A stretch of DNA of 64,000 nucleotides, taken from the NCBI RefSeq assembly GCF_963676685.1, contig NC_092347.1, forward strand, positions 37,882,001-37,946,000. Reading direction: 5' to 3'. The notes beneath the pieces were generated by a model, which saw nothing but the letters and a program-made list of their open reading frames with translations, made no database searches and was not told the DNA's origin. This document shows positions 37,101 to 52,100 of this stretch, in pieces. The stretch's first letter is position 1, and the number at the start of each line of letters is the position of its first letter. The translations under genes and the position numbers were made by a program. The DNA comes from Mytilus edulis (taxonomy: Eukaryota).

Positions 37101-40100
37101 AAATATATGCCAGTCCAAATGAAATTATGGCATTTATTCTCTGTTTTGTGCTGTTACAATCATTGACACCATATTATTTCACACCATAATGGTTTTACTG
37201 TTCTATGAGCAGATGGAGTACTCAAACATGTTTACGATAAGTGGCTTTTATCTGTGTTCTTTAAAGAAAAATGTTTGCTAAAATATAGAAAAATTCATTT
37301 GAAAATAATTTGTCACTGGTATTCTTATGGCATCAGGGTTAAGTGGTTTATAAAAAGGATGTGGTAAATTAGAATTGTTTCAATGATAATAGCATGGGTA
37401 CATATTGATGTATATGTATCCCATTCATGATTGTTGATAGTGCAGATGACATTGCAAATGAAGTACTATTTTGTTGGCTTGAATACAGTATCTTGATTTT
37501 GTATATAATATAACTTTTGATCTATTGAACTTATTTTTATAGCATTACATCAAGCAGTAAACAAGACTTGGGAAAGTATGCAACTGCTGAGATGTCCCAC
37601 TCACAAGGAGCAAAACTTAGAGGTCACGTGTTTCCTAAAAGTATTGATCCTTCAGAGGTGGATTTATTTCCTGATGATGAAGGTATTACTTAGGTTCGCT
37701 TGCATAGAGAGTCTATACAAATTTTTTTAAGCACTTTAATTACCATTCTAGTGTTATGCCCCTTTACAAATGGAAAAATTGCTGAATTTGTTCGTTTCTA
37801 TTATCTAACTTAAGTTTGTCTTAACTTAATATAATGAAATGTATGTATAATGCTTATTACCACTTAACTCAGTTTAAGTTCAAATTTTGGCAGCTTCACA
37901 TTTACAATTTTTGAGTTATGTCCCTTTATAACGTTATATGCTAGCTGGACACATTCCTCATTTATTTTTAAATGGATTTCTTTTAAATGTGATTTTATTT
38001 TGTTTCAAATGATGCAGATGATTTATACCTGAGTGGTAAGTTATTGAAAATTCTATTTTTAGTTATAACAGCCACACCTGCTGAACACATTGGAAGTCTA
38101 CACTTGTCACAGCCTATGCTAGTCCCAGAAACTGTAGACGATGAAATGTAAGTATTCAACAAAAAACTTACATGTTGATATTTTATGTTTAGTGTCAAAA
38201 ATTCCACTCCAGTTTTCTCAATTTTTTGTTTGGTCTGCAAAAATTAATTTTAATTATACCAGAATTCAAAAGTAGATTTCAACAAATTTGAATTATCTTT
38301 TCAGATATTTGTATTTTAAATACGTCAAGACTGACAGATATGACTCTCCAGATCCTTAGTATAAATCAAATAAGCAACAGCTTCTTAAAAATAAAACTGT
38401 AGCTTATGTAGTTTTAAACCACACTCTCCTAGGCTTTGTGTTGAATACTATACTTTGATCTATAATGGTTTACTTTTACATATTGTGACTTGGATGGAGA
38501 GTTGTCTCATTGGCACTCATACCACATCTTTTTATATCTATGTTGATTTGTATTTTTCAGATTTGCTGTATCACCATCACAAGACAATTTTCCTCATATT
38601 ATACCTGACTCACCAACTAATGGTATATATCCAATTTGATTTTTATTTATCCAGTTCACCTTAATTGGAAGGTTAAAGAGTGTATTATTGAAAGAAATGA
38701 AACCTTTCTACAAGAATCTGTACCTGTTCATTGGGGTATTTAAATTTTTGCAACATTAATTGTTCCAATGAATTAATACAATAGCTTAACCCTTTCGCCG
38801 ATGAGTCCCGGTTTACCGGGATTCACGCTTCAGACAGCTGACGATGAGTCCCGTTTTACCGGGATCGGAATACCTCTTTTATGTTTCCCGCTTAAAACAG
38901 TGCAAACATGAGTTATCTTTCTTTGATGAATACCCGGATGAAAGTGTAAACATGACGCTTCCGTTTGTTGAAAACCGTGTCAAAATCAGAGGAAATTTAC
39001 GGAATTTACGAGAATTTGAAATGAGGGAACATTTTTTTTGAAAGAATATGGAAGAATTGAAGCCAAACTAGTATACTTTTTTGACAAAAAATGTCGTTTT
39101 AAGTACAAAACACTTGCAATGGACATCGTTCAGTGTGAGGAATTTGTACAGCCTCATAAAAATTTTCAAAATTTTGCCGTTTTGGGTTAAAAAATTACGA
39201 TTTGGGGTCAAAGAGCAGAATTTTGAGAATTTCACCGAGAAAATGCCAAAAATTTGAAAATTTGAATATTTTAAGAAGAAAAAATTATTAAAACATGAAT
39301 AAAACTGTGAACATGGTGTTAGTGAATGAAATAAATACACAAATAACTACAAACAAGTTTTTATTGACATTTATTATGAAGATCTCCCACTTGAGTAATA
39401 GTAGCCAGGGAAGCCATCGTCTCAGAGTAGCTTCTGTCTGGGCAGCAATCGGTGAAATAAAAATAATAAACTGTGAGTGATGAAAATACATGTACCAATA
39501 CCTAAAAATAATCCAAAATAGTTTATGTGTAAATGTTCCAGTATTTTATATGCAACTGATTGTTTGGTTGTTTCCCACAACAAAACATTTATGAATTAAC
39601 TTTTTTATGTTTGCTAGTTTTATATTCATTCATTCATTGTATTGTTTTGTTATATTTTTTACAGTAAAACAATTGACTTTAAAAATACACTATATATAAC
39701 CATGATAAATATTGTAGTATATAATGAAGCTGAAGAAGAATATGACCCTACAGCAGAACAAACATTGTCAGATCAAAATGTGGATTTTAATGTGAGTCAA
39801 TGGCATTATGTTAAACTGTCTAATAAATTTATTGTACATTTATTTTATTGGAAAAATTTGCATCAGTTATACTCAAATTGAATTAGTTTTGTTTACTGTC
39901 AGATCAAAACATTGATTTTAAAGTACATGTAAGTCAATGATGTTATGTTCATTTGTCTAGTAAAGTTATTTTAAATTTTAAGGAGAAATTCTGATACAAT
40001 AATACATTTTATATGTAGAAAGTATGAAGAAAAGAAGGTTTCATATCATTGAGACACCAAACCCATGACAAATAACTAAACAACATCAAAAGGTCCTCAA

Positions 40101-43100
40101 CAAAAAGACCAGCGTCTCCTTATTTGTCTGTGATATACATGTATATAAAGATCACAAGCCATTTTGTATAAGGCATTGAAATATAGTAGAAATATTTTCA
40201 TAATATCATTAATATTAATATTAGAGATATAAACATACACATCTTTTATTTGTAAATGCTTTTATAAGAGTACTGTAAATTCAGAAATTACTGTGAGGAT
40301 TTTATTCATGTGAATAGTGCAACTTGGTTAGTATTGCAATAATTAGAACACACATTCTGATATCTGATATATGCATCTGTATGCAGAATTCCTTAAATCA
40401 CAAAAATTAATCTCATGTTATTGTCCATTTTTGGTAAATTGCAATAATAAATGCACGCAATTGTTTCTGAATTCTGAAAATTGAAATTTCAAATTTTGTT
40501 TATAATCTTAGCATTATAAATGGAAATGAAAAGAAAATTTAAATATTTTCAACAATTTATTGAATTGTCAAATGAATTTTATCCAGATGCATTGCTTTTT
40601 ATGTAACTTTAGGGAACAGTTGTCAGAAATATGTCTCAGAAGTCTAACAAAAGTAGGTCTGCAACACAGGAATCATTCCATCTTCACTTCAGCTGTACTG
40701 AGTATTCTCCAAAACAGGTACTTGTTTATCTTTAAACTTTATCATATTTGTATATTTGAAGTTTCCAGTAACATGGAGTTTTGTAGCTATTTTTTTTCTC
40801 CAACATAAAATATAAATTGGCTGTTTTTAAACATTGAATACACTATGTCAGTAGACATTTGCTTGAGTTTTTATTTAGTCCCTAAATTTCAAAGCTGTTT
40901 TGAATCTTTTGATCAAAAGAAATAAAAGTAAAAACATTCAGTGGGATAGCTTCTATTCTGTTATTACCTTTGTCCACCAAAAAATACCTAAACGCTTTAT
41001 CCTAAGATATGTGTAATGAGAATGTACTGCATTAAAGTTTATTATACTTCTATATCAAAACTACTTTGCTTTTAAAGTTCATGCATGTCTCTTTTGTGTC
41101 CAATGAAAAATAGAACTAAAACCCTGCATGACCTTTATAGTTTGAATAATTCTCAGCATGGCGTGTAATAATGATCACTTGTTCCTCCACATGGTTTCCC
41201 TCCTAGTTTCATTTCAACTTTTTCATAAAGTTTTGAACCTTTTAATATAACTGATTCATTAAAACATACACTCTTGTTATTATTGATTGCATAATAAAGC
41301 TTATCAATCTGGGGTTCACCAGCGCATACGTTCATGGACATGCTTATTCTTTTCAGACAGAAGAAGAAGAAGCTTCAGTCCAGGTGTTAGAAAAGTCTGA
41401 AGATGTTATTGTTATAAGTCAAGATGGAGAACAAGAGGGTACAGTTGGAGTATAATTTTCTGTAAAATTTAATTTATAAAGCTTAAAACATCGTTTGCAA
41501 ACTGTTTAATTACGCACCAGACGTAAGCAAGGAGGACATAAAGTGTTACCCTTGACTGTCTTTCTGGTCATGGGTCCATCTTTCTGTTCTTCCCATTTTA
41601 GTTTCCACACTCTATCTTAAGTTTGCCAAATGCAAACTTTATGAAACTCATGCACAATGCAAAGAACTACAAGATGCACACAGAGTTCAAATTTTAGTTG
41701 TGAGTCATTTACCGCACTGGGCTTATGCCCATTGTGGCAAGGCTTCTGACAATGGATCAAGTAGATAAACATAGACTGTTAGTAGATAATTATATTGTTT
41801 AGCATAATACTACAAAAGCATCAAATATTCATTTGGATCACACTATCATATTGGTAATTTTTATAAGAAACTAAAATAATTTATGTATGTTTATTTTTGC
41901 TTTGATTGTAAAATATTTAATATCTTTTATGTATTTGGAACAGACCAAGGATTATCACAAGAATTTATGTTGCATTTATCCCAGTCCCAGTCAACTCAAA
42001 GGGGAAGTAAATCTACAGATTATAAATCAGAGTGTAGTGAAGGTACAGTTTATCATATAAGAACAATTGAACAATTATTGTTATAGATCACTATAGTCCA
42101 ATATTGAAAAAATACTCAACACTGATCTATTTTATAGTTATTCACTTTCATTCTTTATCCTCTTGAAGACATTTACAAATGCAGATTTACTCTTTATAGA
42201 AAAAGAAATACTATGCTCTAGCTTGAATTTATTTTTAAATATTTAATAAATTAAATTTCATAAAACGTTGAAAGATTTTGCTGCACAGACTTTAAGGCTG
42301 ATCATGACATCATGCATATGAGAAGTTATAAATTGAAGTTATTACAATACATTGCACTACCACTCTTCAAATTTGGATAAATCACATCAAAACAACGTTC
42401 TTGAGAAAATATTATTTTATTTTAAAAATTTTGTATTAATCAAATATGTTTTCATTAAAAAAAAATCAAAATGGTGGGACACTTCTTAGTTATGACATGT
42501 TTTAGTCAATGACAAAAATTGTAACATAAAAATTGCATTAGAATTTTGAATATGTATCATGTATTTCAGGTTTTCATATTAAACTACCAAGAGAAGATGA
42601 CCCTCTGCTGTCATCAGAAAATCAGTTTGACAAAGATGTAGTCCAGGTTGAAAAGAAACAAATATCTCAGTCAAAACAAATGTCATCTCAAGGTCAGCAT
42701 GACCAGGAAGAAGACATGGTTACTCAAACACCCCAGGAGTTTCCAAGGCAACAGAAGTCTGCAGAATATGTAGAGAAATTTAAAAGTCGAAGGGAAGAAA
42801 ATAGTTCTAGTCAAATTACAGATAAACCTTCAAGTCAAAGAATTGAAAGCAGTCCACCAAGGTATACAAATCAACACTTATAATACTATTTAAATCAGAC
42901 CAAGCTATTAAAGGTTATAAAAGGGTAAGGAAACTGCAGTCCCAAATGTTTAAGCTTTGTTATTTTATGTGCGGTTGAGATTCAGCTTTGTTCAACTATA
43001 TTGTTTTGGAAACAAATCTGTGATATTATTTTTTAACAGATTTGCTCTAGTTCTTACATTTTCGAAATACTCTTGCCAATAGTCATATTTAGTGTGAACT

Positions 43101-46100
43101 TTTCAAGTATACTTTTGTCAAATATTTTCAAACTCTTGTTATTTCTATTAAATTTTGTATAATACTATATTTAAAAAAAAATCATTAATGAAAATGTTAT
43201 AAATTGAATTTCTAGACCAAAAAATCTGTTTATGAACAAATAAAAGCTCTAATGTCAAAATATGTTTCAATTTTATAAAAGGACACCTTTGAAGCAGCCT
43301 CCATCTTTGTCTATAGAAATGATCACAACAGAATCACAAGTTTCTGAACATTCATTCAAACTCAACAGTAAGTACAATCTAAGCATAGAATTAATTGAGG
43401 ATGTCAATTGTTACTCATATGATTGGAATAAAGATCAGTGTAGAATAAACCTTCATATTCTGGATTTTTTATACGACCGCAAAAATTGAAAATTTTGTGG
43501 TCGTATATTGGTATCACATTGGCGTCGTCATTGTTGTCGTCCGAATACTTTTAGTTTTCACACTCTAACTTTAGTAAAAGTGAATGGAAATCTATGAAAT
43601 TTTTCAAACAAGGTTTATGACCACAAAAGGAAGGTTGGGATTGATTTTGGGAGTTTTGGTCCCAACATTTTAGGAATTAGGGGCCAAAAAGGGCCCAAAT
43701 AAGCATTTTCTTGGTTTTTCGCACTATAACTTTAGTATAAGTAAATAGAAATCAATGAAATTTAAACACAAGGTTTATGACCACAAAAGGAAGGTTGGGA
43801 TTGATTTTGGGAGTTGAGGTCTGAACAGTTTAGGAATAAGGGGCCTAAAAGGGGTCCAAATAAGCATTTTGTTTGGTTTTCGCACCATAACTTTAGTATA
43901 AGTAAATAGAAATCTATGAAATTTAAACACAAGAAAAATGACCATAAAAGGAAGGTTGGGATTGATTTTGGGAGTTTTGGTCCCAACAGTTTAGGAATAA
44001 GGGGCCCAAAGGGTCCAAAATTAAACTTTGTTTGATTTCATCAAAAAATGAATAATTGGGGTTCTTTAAAATGCTGAATCTAACTGTGTATGTAGATTCT
44101 TAATTTTTGGTCCCGTTTTCAAATTGGTCTACATTAAGGTCCAAAGGTCCAAAATTTAACTTAGTTCATTGAATCCTTGGGGTTCATTGATATGCTGAAT
44201 CTAAAAATGAACTTAGATTTTTGATTATTGGCCCAGTTTCCAAGTTGGTCCAAATCGGGGTCCAAAATTAAACTTTGTTTGATTTTATCAAAAATTGATT
44301 AAATGGGGTTCTTTGATATGCCAAATCTAACTGAGTATGTAGATTCTTAATTTTTGGTCCCGTTTTCAAATTGGTCTACATTAAAGTCCAAAGGGTCCAA
44401 AATTAAACTAAGTTTGTTTTTAACAAAAATTGAATTCTTGGGCTTCTTTGATATGCTGAATCTAATCATGTACTTAGATTTTTGATTATAGGCCCAGTTT
44501 TCAAGTTGGTCCAAATCAGGATCCAAAATTATTATATTAAGTATTGTGCAATAGCGAGAAATTTTAAATTGCACAGTATTCAGCAATAGCAAAAAATCTT
44601 CAATTGCACAGTATTGTGCAATAGCAAGAAATTTTCAATTGCACAGTATTGCACAATAGCAAGAAATCTTCAATTGCACAGTATTGTGCAATAGCAAGTA
44701 TTTTCAATTGCACAGTATTGCGCAATAGCAAGAAATTTTCAATTGAGGTTATCTTTCTTTGTCCAGAATAGTAGTTGAATCAACTTAAATCATTGTTTTA
44801 TACAATATACAATGTATACCGTATATTCCCGAATTTAAAGCGCATCGTTTTATAAGCCGCACGGCCGTTTTTAGGGGGGAAGATTGTTTTTGTCCTTACA
44901 TAAAACGCACCTGAATATTAAGCGCACCCTGAAGAAAACGTACATTTATTCTACTGACCTTATAGTGTCATGAATATTTCCTCCTTTTGCAACTCACACC
45001 GTAATTTGTTTCATTTCTATTTTCAGATTGGTGAGAAAGTTGAGAGTATTTTTTAATATATTTATTTGTGTCATATTAAAATAAAAAATCTTAATAAAAT
45101 AATTATACTTTTCTCATTGTTTTAATTATGCCAGTTTCGTTTGTTGTTTTTTGTCAAGAATGGCCATGTGTTGACAGCTTGGGTGTCCATTGAACCTTGT
45201 TGTTTTGATTAAAATTAGTATGGTATTGATTGCTTCTTTATTGTTTGAATTGGCATTATGGATTTTAATTAATCTTAAAAATGTATGCATGAAAGGTCAC
45301 CCAAGCCATAAAACTGCCATTGTTTACCTTGATTATGACCTACTTACCTGTACCCAAGTGTGAAAACTGTTCACCGATAAGTCAGAAAAAAATTAATTAA
45401 ATCAATCTTAAGAATTTTATTGTTGTCTATAAAATAAAAGTTGAAGTTCTGGAAGTAACAAACATTTTTCAATTTTAATTTGGATAAATACCACATACAA
45501 AACCATTTACTTTTTACAAGTCATTGTCTATTTTTAAATGAAAGTGATATGAGCCATGAAAAGGGGAATTCAAAAAAGATGGCAATAAATAAATGTCTTA
45601 ACAGATTAAATTATAAAAATTAGTATTTTTTTTTTTTTATTTAAACATCCAATAATATTTCGTAAAGATATTTCATTTTGAAACACAATAAAACGACAAA
45701 CAGTTACTCCTCAATATTATATCCTGTATGGTACCTCTTTTCAAACACGATTATCTCTCTTTGTTTATGAAACACTTTCAAGTGTCGATTTAAGCACATG
45801 CATCGTCATTAAAAGAAACTTGGAATATTGTCAAGACACACAATGACTTTCTTTATTATTTCATTAGAAAATTTTATATTAAAACACATTAAATCAACTA
45901 ACAACTACGTATTTATGATAAATACACAATTAATATCCTGTATGGACACAGTTATCTTTCTTTGTTTATGAAATGCACACTAACACATGGTTATCAACTT
46001 CCTGTAAACCAACAATGATTGAATGAAATAAAAAACAAACGATAAAGTAAATATATTTATTTATTCATAACAAAATATGCCACATTAACAATTTATCAAG

Positions 46101-49100
46101 TCACTGCAAGCACTTGACAATCTGACTGTCTCCAGAAAAAAATCCAGATATTTTTTTTTCACGGTCGTCCTGAAAACAGAAAATAATACATACATAACAC
46201 GCACCTGAGTATAACACGCAGGGACAAAGACAGAGAAAAAAACCTGCGGCTTATTTAACGATTTTTACGGTACTCACTTTTACTACCAACTGATAAATTA
46301 AAACAATCTTTACCATTCAGTGATAACAAGCACTTTTTTTTACATTTTAATATTTTATGATGTATTTAAATGAGTATAGTTATTGTTGCAAACTCCATTA
46401 GAAATTTGAATTGAGATCAGTTTTGGAATAAGGGAAAGGGGGATGTGAAAAAAATATGGGGGGGGGGTCAATTTTTCTCATTTCAGATTTCATAAATAAA
46501 AAGAAAATTTCTTCAAACATTTTTTGAGAGGATTAATATTCAACAGCATAGTGAATTGCTCAAAGGCAAAACAAAAATTTTAAGTTCAATAGACCACATT
46601 CATTTTGTGTCAGAAACCTATGCTGTGTCAACTATTTAATCACAATCCAAATTTAGAGCTGAATCCAGCTTGAATGTTGTGTCCATACTAACTTGCCCCA
46701 ACTGTTCAGGGTTCAACCTCTGCGGTCTAATAAAGCTGCGCCCTGCGGAGCATCTGGTTTAATATGAAAGAATTACTGCATGTACTGTGGTAAATTAAAA
46801 AAAGAAGATATTTCAAGTTTAAAATTAAAAAATAAATAGTTAAAAAAAAGGTAGAAATTTACTTCAGTATGAAAACATGTCACCGTCTCCGTCTCTACAA
46901 AGAAAAACATTAAATATAAAAAAGAAGATGTGGTATGATTGCCAATGAGACAACTATACACAAAAGACCAAAATGACACAGACATTAAAACAACTATAGG
47001 TCACCGTACGGCCTTCAACAATGAGCAAAGCCCATTCCGCATAGTCAGCTATAATAGGCCCCGATAGGACAATGTAAAACAATTCAAACAAGAAAACTAA
47101 CGGCCTTATTTCTGTAAAAAAATGAACGAAAAACAAATATTTAACACATAAACAAACAACAACCACTGAATTACAGGCTCCTGACTTGGGACAGGCACAT
47201 ACATAAATAATGTGGTGGGGTTAAACATGTTATAAAACCCCATTCTTTACAATCTGTTCTTCAATGTCTTTAAAGAAATTCATCATTGATTCCAAATATA
47301 CCTTTCCTAGATATAAGATATACAGACATATCTATTACACCTCTCAGATGCAATCATATATAGTCAACCAAATTGTTTCTGCAAAAATTAGCCACTAAAA
47401 AATAACACAAGTATGAATCATTACATATACGAAAATAAAATATAAAATATATGATGAAAATAAAATCAAAGTAATAAGTCAGACAGAAGTTGACTAGAAA
47501 TGGCTAAACACAAAATAGAAATATCCATGAAAAAAAAGCATGAAAACTCCTGCATAAGAAACCTTGGTATTGATCAATCTTATTTATTTGCAGGACCAGA
47601 CGTACATGTTGGCAGTGAACAGTCTCCTCAAGAAGATACCAGAACAGATGTATTTAGAAAAATAAAATCATCAGACAAATCTACTTCTAGATACCAAATT
47701 CATGATGACAGGTAAAAACTTTTGGTCTTTACCCTGATAATAAAGTATTATCAATTTTATAGTCACCACATTTTTTTAAATATGATAGAAAATCAAGGAC
47801 ATAATATACATGTATTAGTAAATTTGGACTTGTTTGTTAAAAGAATTGCATAGGAACCTATCAATGGTTATGAAATGTATACATATAGAGAGTACCTTAA
47901 ACAATCAATAACTAAAAGATTAAACCAGGTGCTTTAAATGCATTGTGTTAATTAAAATACTACACAGAAACGACAATTTAGTCGAAACATCTCTCATAAT
48001 TAGCAGAAAAACTTGAAAACTAATACTTGAGATTTAAAATCTTGTTTAAAAAAATGTAGTTATGTCAGGAGTTCTTGAAAAGTTCTTTTTACAGCTCAGC
48101 TTACAGGATTGGTAATTAAATACATAAAAGTCACATAAAAAAGGAGACTGCACAGCAGACCACCAATAGGCAACAAATCGTGAAAAAAGCAAACTACTGA
48201 GAACAACATACAATCTAGATATCCAAATGAAATCAAAAGACAATTGATATATGTATGAAATATGTAGAATTTCATTCTTTGATATTACTCAATACCTGTA
48301 TTTTTATCTCTATCAGTTGTCTCAGTTTCAGTACTTTCTTTTCTATATCCAACAGATATTACCTATTTCTAAGCACCGTATGACTTTTGTCTCTTTTCAA
48401 ATAAGTTAAAAATTTAACCATTTGTAATAGTTTAGAAAATCTATGTCTTCTATATAACAGTACTAGTTATGCATTAAGGATTGAAATTCATTGATTTAAT
48501 TTATGATATATTGGGTAGTACTTGGATTTAATGTATTGAATTTCAGTGATGAAGAAGTATCCTTTAAGACAGCTGAAGGGAAAGAAGAAAAAGGAAAAGA
48601 CAAGAATCTAGATGAAGAGAAAGAAGATACTCCTCCAAAATTGAAAATGATTCGTACAATATCAAGTGAAGTCACTTCCACAGGATATCAAGGCAGCATT
48701 GAAAGTTTACAATCATCAGCTCATCCAGGAGACACTACAGTGCAGCCTGGAGACACTACTGCTCAGCCTGGAGACACTACTGCTCAGCCTGGAGATACTG
48801 ATGATCATACAAGAGACACTTCTGTCCAGGTAGGAGACACTATTGTTCAGCATGCAGAAAATATATCAACATATTCAGTCGACACTAATCTTCATCCAGC
48901 AGGAGATGCTTCAAGTCATCCAAATGATTCCATGCAAGACGTAGACAAAACTCAATCATATGATACTGAAAAGTATTTAAAAATTGAAGAAAATACTAAG
49001 GATAATTCTGAAATTTTGACAACTGAAAAAGATGTATTTGCACACAATGAGTCTACTGTTGACAAAGATAAGATTGCTGATGTTGATAATAAAAATTTGC

Positions 49101-52100
49101 AAAATGAAGATGTCTCCAGAAAGAGTTTCCAAGTTTCATCACAAAAGACACCATCTCAGAACTCTAGCAGACAAGAAGGACAATTGAAAAATATAAAAAA
49201 GAATTCCAAAACTGTTACAGTGAAAACAGCCAAAAGTTTTAAAGAAATAAATCCAAATGTTAGAAATAATGGCAGTGGAAGAGAGACATGCAACAAAGAA
49301 CCTGAAATTTCATTGACTGGAGCACAACATGATCCATATGAATTCCATGGTAGTCAGTCCCAAATCACAGAAGATATTGAGATGAAAAAGCCTGATGAGA
49401 GCAAAGTAAATCCAGTGGTAAATTCATGAAATAAGTCATAAATTGCAGTGTAAATTATTTTGAGGTTTTTATAAATGCAAAAACTGCGACTGGTTTAGAA
49501 TCACAATAGTATAAAATTGCATTCTGACATTTTATGTATATGTCTGTATTTAAATTTTCCTGAAATCGAAATTATTAATCTTTCATTATTTTTCACTTTT
49601 CAAAACTTGCATTGATAGATGCACACAATAATTTTAAGATTTACAGTACCTTACACAAAAAAGCCTTCAAAACATGCATAGTAAAAGAAACTCATGTAGA
49701 AACTGTTGTAGACGAGTGCCAATGAGACAACTCTCCATCCAAGTCACAATTTGTAAAATTAAAGGTCAAATTACAGTCTTCAACATGGAGCCTTGGCTCA
49801 CAACCAACAGCAAGCCATAAAGGACCCCAGAAATGACTTATTAACTGACTATTCAAACAGGAAAACCAATGGTCTAATCTATGTAAAAATAGAGAAAACA
49901 CTTAATAAACTGACTTATGAACCACATAAACAAATTATAGATAGCCACTGAACATCAGGTTCCTGACTTCTGACAGGTGCATAGAAATGCAGGGGGTTTA
50001 AACATTTTTTGTAGGACTATTTGTGATCATGAATACACACTCAAGTACTAAATGACACTCAGGGACTATGAACAAAAATATTTTTAAGATAAGTATAAAA
50101 GAATTACGTTGTATCAGTAATGAATCAGACAGTGAAATTAAAATTGTATCTGCAAGTAGTAACATTTTTTACACACAACAAAATGGAGTAATCAATTTAT
50201 TTTCTAGGAATACTATAGAACCAGAAAGATTCCAACACAGCCTGGTGAAACTCCACCTTCATCGAGAAAAAGGAAAAGGAAAGTCTATAAAAAGACCGGT
50301 CTGAAAACAAAACCTGCAAGAAAGGCTTCAACAGAACATCATGTCTGTTTCAGCAGTCCTGTAACTGAAAGTCTGACCACTCCACCATCACAATCAATAA
50401 GTGCCAAAAACCTGTCCTCTTTATCAGAAAAATCAGAATCTTCTAAATATAGAGCAGATTTAGGAAGTATTCCCACCAGGACTGGCCAACAAATTTCGTC
50501 AATATATTCACCTCCTCGGGACAGGATTGAAGAAGATTTTCAGAATCCTAATATACCTGTAACTTTGTTAAAAGAACCTATAGTAGCAGAACAACAACAG
50601 CAGACACCAACAACATCCACAGAAATGGGACCTCCAACATCAGTTCCCTTGTCTGCAAGGAGTCCCACCTCATTGACAGTAGTATCTGCACTTTCAACTG
50701 TCACAACACCATCGACAACAGCTGGTATGCTGACTAGAACAGAAACTCTTGTGTTGCCAGAAAGTGGCTCCCAATTAGAACCTGGTCAGGTAAGATGTCT
50801 CGTTTTTTGTTAATGACTAAGGTACTTTACTATTGGCATAGAGGCTGCAAGTTTGAAGATGACTGCCATGTTTACTAAATAACAATACATATAAGTATAT
50901 ATGTCATGTGATCGCCAATGAGAAAACTATCCACCTGTCCAAATGAAGTGGATTTAAGCAACTAAATTATACTGGCCTTCAACAATACAAAAAATTTATA
51001 CTATACTGTATATAATTTATGAAATATGATAAAGAAAAACAAAAATGACAACCGGCAACCAACAACTACCATTGAATTTCAGGCTCCTGACTTGTTATTA
51101 GCACATGTAAAGTCAGTTAGATCCAGAACAGTGTTACTACAAAGAATAAATTAAAATTATGGACATTATCCAAACTTTAACATGTTTATAACAAATGCAA
51201 GATATAAATTTAATTGCAAGGTAATTGAGTCTAATATCCATGTAGATATAACCTTTTGAATTTCTTTTAACATAAAACATAAATGTAAATAATGTTCTGT
51301 TTATTTGTTTCAGGATATACAAGATGACATTAGAATCAAAACCGTAACAACTACACTAGTAACCTACAAGATTGTGGAAACAGTGGAGAAAATCAAATTT
51401 AAAAATGGAACTGTCAAAGTTTTATCACAGCACACAGTATGTATTGTCAATGAATATGGACAATATGTTCAATATTTATAGATTATCTATTGTCATCTCA
51501 ACGAGACTGATTTTCTAACTAGAGCCAGGACGGCGAAAGTGAGGAAAGCAATAGGTTTGACATCACTATTTTACCTATGACAACATTGTTAATTTCTTTG
51601 ACAACAGCACATGCACCCTTAGTTTCTAGCAATAATCTTTCATATCATTCTACTGTGCTGACAAAGAAAATTATCAGTCAGTAAGATCAAAGAAAAATTT
51701 CATAAATAGCGACAAAATAAAGTACAGCAACTTCTAAATAATTTATATAATGCATTGTTTCTTTGGTGTTTAATTGTGAAAAACAATGCTGTCTATTATT
51801 GGCATCAGACATATATACAAAATTGTGTGAAATTGTAACTCTTTAAAATTTATGAAAAAGCATGTTAAATACCAGTTGACATTGAATGTTATTTGTTAGC
51901 ATTAATTCAACCAGAACCTGTTTATATTGCATATATTCCAAAGACATTAAACAGAGAAAACAATTTTAGATTTATTTGTATATTGCTTTTTAATTCCGAC
52001 TGCAGTGAGGGCTTTTTCATCTGTTATGCTAAATAATGTGAACAAGTATGAAAATAATGTTTACAGGGGCGGATGCAGGAATTTTCGAAAGGGGGGGTGC

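Noticed and set aside
38798-38872. CGATGAGTCCCG..CGGGAT hairpins resembling hammerheads
   Set aside because: No CUGANGA plus GAAA/UH arrangement; better explained as piggyBac-like subterminal repeats.
44540-44745. 35-bp palindromic repeats resembling CRISPR repeats
   Set aside because: Head-to-tail minisatellite without unique spacers, inside a HINE.
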